38,777 nucleotides of DNA, from the NCBI GenBank assembly GCA_965602205.1, contig CBFCYQ010000002.1, positions 1 through 38,777 on the forward strand, in the 5' to 3' direction. The position numbers and the translations under genes are program-made. The notes under the pieces were generated by a model. The model saw nothing but the letters and a program-made list of their open reading frames with translations, made no database searches and was not told the DNA's origin. Below, one piece after another: positions 34,805 through 38,777 of this stretch. The stretch's first letter is position 1. Each line of letters begins with the position of its first letter. This DNA is from an uncultured bacterium (lineage in GTDB: Bacteria > Zixibacteria > MSB-5A5 > GN15 > FEB-12).

Positions 34805-36163
34805 TTATTGGGTGTCTCGAGAAAGCTGATATTCCTTGATCTTGCTGCGCAGAGTGTTGCGGTGAATGCCAAGTTTTTCGGCGCAGATCCCAATATTCCA
34901 GTCCAACTCGTCAAGGCAATGCTTGATATGATCTTTCTCCACCTCGGCGATAGTCGTAATCTCGCGACTGGATGACGGAGTTGCTTCCCGGGGGTCCAGG
35001 CCGACCAGATCGTGCCGGCTTATAGCGCTCGTGCGCGTCAGGACAACGGCACGTTCGATAATGTTCTCAAGTTCGCGAACGTTGCCCGGCCAATGATAGG
35101 AATTCAGAATGCGGGCAGCTTCACTGTCTATGCCCGAGACCTCCTTGCCGACCTTCCTGGCGCATTTCTCGACGAATCTTTCAGCCAGGAGCAACAGGTC
35201 GCCGCCCCGGTCCCTGAGGGGCGGCAGGTCGATGGTTATCACGTTTAACCGGTAGTAGAGGTCTTCGCGGAAGCGGCGTTCGGCCACCAGCTTTTTAAGG
35301 TCACGATTGGTGGCGGCAATTATCCTGATATCGAGAGCTCTCTGTTTTACGGAGCCCAGGCGCTCGATCTTCCGATCTTCGAGGACGCGCAACAATTTCA
35401 CCTGCATCGTCAGCGGCATCTCTGCAATCTCATCCAGAAAGAGCGTGCCGCCATCGGCCAGCTCGAATCTTCCCTGCTTTGCCTTTTCCGCTCCGGTGAA
35501 GGCTCCTCTCTCATAACCGAAAAGCTCCGATTCGAGGAGTGTTTCCGGGAAGGCGGCGCAGTTGATGGCGACCAGGTTCTGTTCGGATCGCGGCGAGAGC
35601 GCGTGCAGGGCCCTGGCCACCAACTCCTTTCCGGTGCCGGACGACCCGGTTATCAGGACCGTAGCTTCTTCGGGGGCCACCACCGAGATCAATTCTTTGA
35701 CCTTCATAATGGCCGGTGATTCGCCGAGGATTTCGGAGGTGGGAAAAACTTCGGCCAGTCTCTCGGTCATGACCTCATTGGCCACGGCAAGACGATTCTG
35801 GGATGCCGCTCTTTCAAGTTTTACCAGCAACTCGTCAAGATTTTCGACCGGCTTGGTCAGGTAGTCAAAGGCGCCCCTCTTCATCGCCGCCACAGCGGTT
35901 TCCACTGACCCAAAAGCAGTCAGGACAATCACCTGGATGAAAGGATTGACTTCTCTCAACCGGCTGAGCAACTCCAGGCCATCCATACCGGGCATCTTCA
36001 TGTCGACGATGGCGACCGGGGCAAAGATATCGTGGTAACGTTCCAGAGCCTCCTCACCAGTGCCGGCAGTGAAAATGCTAAAGCCTTTTTTGGCAAGGAA
36101 ACCTGACAGCAACTCTCTCTGCCCGGCTTCGTCGTCAACCACAAGCAGCTTGATCTGAGGCAT
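34805..36163 (-). CDS. Sigma-54-dependent response regulator (REC, AAA+, Fis-type HTH), NtrC/AtoC family
   Basis: 452 aa. Receiver: LLVVDDE and VDMKMPGMDG. Walker A: GSSGTGKE. GAFTGA motif: ERGAFTGA. Walker B: LFLDEI. C-terminal HTH: AEKLGIHRNTLRSKIKEY. Confidence 0.9.
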   Translation of the reverse strand: MPQIKLLVVDDEAGQRELLSGFLAKKGFSIFTAGTGEEALERYHDIFAPVAIVDMKMPGMDGLELLSRLREVNPFIQVIVLTAFGSVETAVAAMKRGAFDYLTKPVENLDELLVKLERAASQNRLAVANEVMTERLAEVFPTSEILGESPAIMKVKELISVVAPEEATVLITGSSGTGKELVARALHALSPRSEQNLVAINCAAFPETLLESELFGYERGAFTGAEKAKQGRFELADGGTLFLDEIAEMPLTMQVKLLRVLEDRKIERLGSVKQRALDIRIIAATNRDLKKLVAERRFREDLYYRLNVITIDLPPLRDRGGDLLLLAERFVEKCARKVGKEVSGIDSEAARILNSYHWPGNVRELENIIERAVVLTRTSAISRHDLVGLDPREATPSSSREITTIAEVEKDHIKHCLDELDWNIGICAEKLGIHRNTLRSKIKEYQLSRDTQ

Positions 36164-36200
36164 GTTTCAAAGTAAACCGGCTGTGCCGGATTTCAAGCAT

Positions 36201-36227
36201 AAAAAAACCCGCCGTCGAAGGCGGGTT
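36201..36227 (-). terminator. Rho-independent terminator after the OMP gene
   Basis: The minus strand reads AACCCGCC-TTCGAC-GGCGGGTT followed by TTTTTAT, 27 nt after the stop at 36254. Confidence 0.75.
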
Positions 36228-36253
36228 GAATATCGTTGTGCGAGACCGGGCTG

Positions 36254-36901
36254 CTACGAGCCGATCAGGATGCGAACGCCGGCATGAACATCGACAAGAC
36301 CGAGGTTCTCACCGAACAAATATTCCTCTCCGCCGTATTCGGCCTTGGAATCCTCGGTCAGAGCATGATGATAATTGACTTCCAGAAACAGCCCGCTGAA
36401 ATCGGCCGTGTAATAGAAAACACCGGCTCCAAAACCGAAAGCGAGAGCCGGGTCGTACGTTTTTTCGCGGTACCGATTTCCCGCAAAGTTGCCAACAAAG
36501 GTCGTGAACTTGGGGTTCTCAACGCCAACATGGGCTTTGATGTACGGCTCAAAGTTCGACTCACCCTGGAAATAATACTTGAGGTAGAAGTTTGGATTGT
36601 AAAGGCGATGGTGCAACTCGGCGGCCTCATCCTCGGCATCAATACCGAACTGCGAGTAGACGATATTGAGGCCGATAACCATGTTCGGCTTCAGAAAATA
36701 GCCCAGATCGAGCCCGAAGCCGAAACCGGTTTTGGCTCCGAGTGTGTCCTGCCAACTTGAGATTCCGCCGGCAGGAATACCCAGCCCGCCGTAAAGATTC
36801 ATCTCCATGAAGTCCTTCTCTTCTTCCTCATCTTGAGCCACAGCCGTCAGGTTAACCGCCAGCAGAAGAAAAGCCGCAAACAGAATTGATAGCTTTTTCA
36901 T
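36254..36901 (-). CDS. Small outer-membrane beta-barrel protein (OmpA-like TM / OmpW-like porin family)
   Basis: Start at ATG 36899-36901; the ORF-track start at 36904 is a TTG. Signal peptide MKKLSILFAAFLLLAVNLTAVA. The alternating hydrophobic beta-strand pattern with aromatic girdles (GFGFGLDLGYF, YLKYYFQG, AFGFGAGVFYY, FLEVNYHHAL) is typical of 8-10-strand barrels. Confidence 0.7.
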   Translation of the reverse strand: MKKLSILFAAFLLLAVNLTAVAQDEEEEKDFMEMNLYGGLGIPAGGISSWQDTLGAKTGFGFGLDLGYFLKPNMVIGLNIVYSQFGIDAEDEAAELHHRLYNPNFYLKYYFQGESNFEPYIKAHVGVENPKFTTFVGNFAGNRYREKTYDPALAFGFGAGVFYYTADFSGLFLEVNYHHALTEDSKAEYGGEEYLFGENLGLVDVHAGVRILIGS

Positions 36902-37391
36902 CAATGCATCCTCAAATTATAAAAAACGCTCTTTTCCGGCCACATGAGTACATATCCGCCGGTCAATTTACCACGTTATTGACGAACGGATTAGCCAGAA
37001 GTAAATAATAATTTTGCGCTTTGTCAACCAATTATCCCGATGGCCCAAACGAAGAAAGCCGATAGGCCGGTCGGCTTTTCCGGACTGCTGTTACGGCCCC
37101 AAAACTACGGGCATGCCGGTGGGGATGCCGAGCAGTAACGAGGCACGGATTCGTCTCCAGACGAACTGACAGGAACCTGGCGGGACAGAAGTCGTCAACC
37201 CACCCGGATTCATCGACTGTGGTTGTCCACATCCCAACATAGTCATACGCACTTTTGTCCTTGTTTGATCAACGGAATTCTGGGGGCCGGCGGGTATTCT
37301 CCTGCGGGCAGCCGCAGGGCAAAAAGAATTACAAATCTGGCCCGGAGTTGCCGATACTGACTATACAGGGCAAAAAACGTATGGAGGCTGT

Positions 37392-37631
37392 ATGGCGTAC
37401 AAAAATATCGACCAGGCAAAAGTAAACGATCCCAGACTGCGCCGGCAATGGGCCGATCTTCTCGGCAAGCTTGAGATGTCGCTTAACAGGTTGAATAGCA
37501 TGGACTTGGGCCCCGAAGGGGATGCTCGGAATTTGCAGTATTTTGAGGCCGTCAACGACTTCATCGAGGCTCGGGACCGGGAACGGGCATTTTTCTGGGA
37601 TAATCTGCTCAAGCAGCAACCGGTGGGTTGA
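37392..37631 (+). CDS. Small hypothetical protein (79 aa)
   Basis: The ATG at 37392 lies 4 nt after GGAGG. The composition looks like a helical protein (MAYKNIDQAKVNDPRLRRQWADLLGKLEMSLNRLNS...). A strong terminator hairpin follows. The overlapping minus-strand ORFs have Cys/Ser/Arg-rich, junk-like translations and would run through that terminator. Confidence 0.45.
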   Translation: MAYKNIDQAKVNDPRLRRQWADLLGKLEMSLNRLNSMDLGPEGDARNLQYFEAVNDFIEARDRERAFFWDNLLKQQPVG

Positions 37632-37685
37632 CCGACCGACCGTGAATTCACGGCTCGGATTATAAAAGCTGGAAATTCGCAAGAA

Positions 37686-37724
37686 AGAGCCGCCCCGTTC
37701 CACAGGGGTGGCTCTTTTGATTTA
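37686..37724. terminator. Bidirectional rho-independent terminator between convergent genes
   Basis: AGAGCCGCCCC-GTTCCACA-GGGGTGGCTCT forms an 11 bp stem with one G-U pair. It is followed by TTTTGATTT on the plus strand and by TTTCTT on the minus strand. It sits between the stops at 37631 (+) and 37739 (-). Confidence 0.7.
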
Positions 37725-37738
37725 TCTTCTATCAACGA

Positions 37739-38777
37739 CTAAGGGCAGGCCGGCGGGGCCGGACCCGGCGGGATTCCGAACAACCATGCCAGCAGATAAC
37801 TTACATCGGAGACGTTGGCCTTTTCCTCGAAGTCACCGTTGGCGTTCGCTTCTTCGATACATACGGGAGCCGGGCCGGTGGGAATGCCGAAGAGCCACGC
37901 CAGCAAGTATGTCACATCGGAGATATTGGCCTTGTCGTCAAAATCATTATTGGCGTTACCCCGAATACCCAGACAGCAGCCTTCACCTGCTTCCACATGG
38001 GCATAGGCGATGTTGGACAGACGCCCGATCTGACCCTCGGCATCGGTTGCCTGCACCCGATACCAGTAATCGCCGTTTTCCCGGGAGGTAAATTCATAGA
38101 AGGTATCGCTGACGGCCGCGTCCACCTCGACCGTGCTGTTAAAATACTCTACGTTGGCGATGTCATCGATGTAGACGCCTTCCTCCGTGTAATAGTAGTC
38201 CGTGAAGTACGACAGGCGGAAGTAGACCTGTTGACCCTCGTAAGCCGCCAGGTCAAACTTCACTTCCACCCAGCCGCCCGAGGAGCCGGTGATACCGTTG
38301 CCAAGGTTACTGCCATTGGGGTCATCATTGGTGGTCAGTTCATTGGCCAGATTGGCGAACATAAAACCGCCGTCCTGCGAGATTTGGGCATAAAAGTAAT
38401 CCCAGTTCTCCTCGATATCATACCACATCCAAAATCTGAGTGTGTCATCATCCTTAACTTCATAAGGGTGTGCCGACAGAAGCCAGTGATGCGCCCGGTT
38501 TTCACTTTCGGTGAACCATGATGCGGCCCCCGAATGCCGGCGGGCTGTAGTTAGGGACATACGCGTAACGTCCCAGTATCCATCGTCGCTCTCGCAGTCA
38601 TCGGTGACTGTCTGACGATCCTGAAGCTCCAGCAGACGATACGAGACGGCGGGGTTAATGCTGTCGGCAAGAAACCATTCCACGGTGTAGTCGGCTCCTG
38701 TGGAATCCACATCGAATATCGCCGGCGCCTTCGGAGGACCAATTACATAGGGATTGTCGGCGATACGAGCCAGGAAG
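37739..38777 (-). CDS. Secreted protein fragment with a beta-rich domain and a C-terminal pair of dockerin-like repeats (5' end outside the window)
   Basis: The frame stays open upstream of the ORF-track GTG (38710) to the window edge (...FLARIADNPYVIGPPKAPAIFDV-DSTGADY...). The C-terminus has two copies of N-A-N-x-D-F-[DE]-[DE]-K-A-N-[IV]-S-D-V-[TS]-Y-L-L-A-W-L-F-G-I-P-x-G-P-A-P, which resembles the dockerin/EF-hand F-helix pattern. Confidence 0.65.
   Translation of the reverse strand, partial: FLARIADNPYVIGPPKAPAIFDVDSTGADYTVEWFLADSINPAVSYRLLELQDRQTVTDDCESDDGYWDVTRMSLTTARRHSGAASWFTESENRAHHWLLSAHPYEVKDDDTLRFWMWYDIEENWDYFYAQISQDGGFMFANLANELTTNDDPNGSNLGNGITGSSGGWVEVKFDLAAYEGQQVYFRLSYFTDYYYTEEGVYIDDIANVEYFNSTVEVDAAVSDTFYEFTSRENGDYWYRVQATDAEGQIGRLSNIAYAHVEAGEGCCLGIRGNANNDFDDKANISDVTYLLAWLFGIPTGPAPVCIEEANANGDFEEKANVSDVSYLLAWLFGIPPGPAPPACP

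Noticed and set aside
36981-36998. A sigma-54-like sequence, CTGGCT-AATCCG-TTCGT, on the minus strand upstream of the OMP gene
   Set aside because: The -12 element has CG where the invariant GC is required, and the -24 element is TGGCTA. Sigma-70-like TTGACA and TATAAT elements nearby explain expression better.
37032-37232. A 66 aa minus-strand ORF, and a ~52 aa ORF in another frame, inside the long spacer
   Set aside because: Neither has a ribosome-binding site, the compositions are implausible, and they run across several strong hairpins. I treat the region as non-coding.
37338-37352. A sigma-54-like sequence, TGGCCC-GGAG-TTGCC, upstream of the small plus-strand gene
   Set aside because: The GG-to-GC spacing is one nucleotide too short (10 instead of 11), and sigma-54 spacing is very strict. 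The -24 element is also imperfect.
37364-37378. ACAGGGCAAA, reminiscent of the start of a c-di-GMP-I (GEMM-I) riboswitch
   Set aside because: The rest of the GEMM-I consensus is missing (the GGGACGCAAAGCC block and the second hairpin with the tetraloop receptor), and the motif sits only 16 nt before the start codon. I treat it as a direct repeat of unknown function.
37329-37735. Two 124 aa minus-strand ORFs overlapping the 79 aa plus-strand gene
   Set aside because: Both run into or through the bidirectional terminator hairpin at 37686-37715, lack an SD and give Cys/Ser/Arg-rich sequences. The plus-strand ORF has an SD and a terminator. Confidence in either reading remains modest.
1-38777. 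Mobile elements, prophage, defence systems, toxin-antitoxin pairs, tRNA/rRNA genes and CRISPR arrays
   Set aside because: I looked for transposase or integrase-like ORFs, terminal inverted repeats, T-loop GGTTCGAATCC-type sequences and spaced repeats, and found none. The window looks like core chromosome plus envelope and regulatory accessory genes.

Overview
A 38.8 kb bacterial chromosomal fragment, moderately GC-rich, with almost every gene on the minus strand in tight, often overlapping operons. I found no rRNA, tRNA, CRISPR array, transposase or integrase. Reading minus-strand transcription from right to left: (1) a secreted protein with a dockerin-like C-terminus, cut by the right edge; (2) a small plus-strand gene and a ~490 nt gene-free, hairpin-rich spacer; (3) a small OMP beta-barrel, an NtrC-type sigma-54 activator, then a sigma-54-type promoter driving three exported proteins (FN3-like lipoprotein, a DUF4384/PEGA protein with a long Lys/Ser tail, and a ~30% Lys mini-protein); (4) the heat-shock and housekeeping operon hrcA-grpE-dnaK-dnaJ-prmA-rsmE, where dnaK carries one in-frame TAA at an invariant Tyr codon; (5) pilD, an NtrB-like kinase, efp and an RNase HIII-like gene; (6) a plus-strand lipoprotein gene behind a near-consensus sigma-54 promoter, divergent from three GAF-rich sensor paralogues whose kinase modules are complete, degenerate or absent; (7) an FMN-riboswitch-controlled ribD-ribE-ribBA-ribH-nusB operon; (8) a ~9 kb envelope glycosylation operon with two GT-C-fold membrane glycosyltransferases (DUF2723/TMEM260-like with TPR, and GT39/ArnT-like), GT4, a flippase-like LPG_synthase_TM protein, WbpB/WbpD-like sugar-modifying enzymes and a GT2 cut by the left edge. 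The items most worth follow-up are the sensor triad, the sigma-54 circuit controlling exported and poly-basic proteins, the interrupted dnaK, the double GT-C cluster and the 36.9-37.4 kb non-coding region. All family names come from motif recognition by eye. No database search was run. The lineage cannot be determined from the window; an uncultivated FCB-like or candidate-phylum origin is only a guess.
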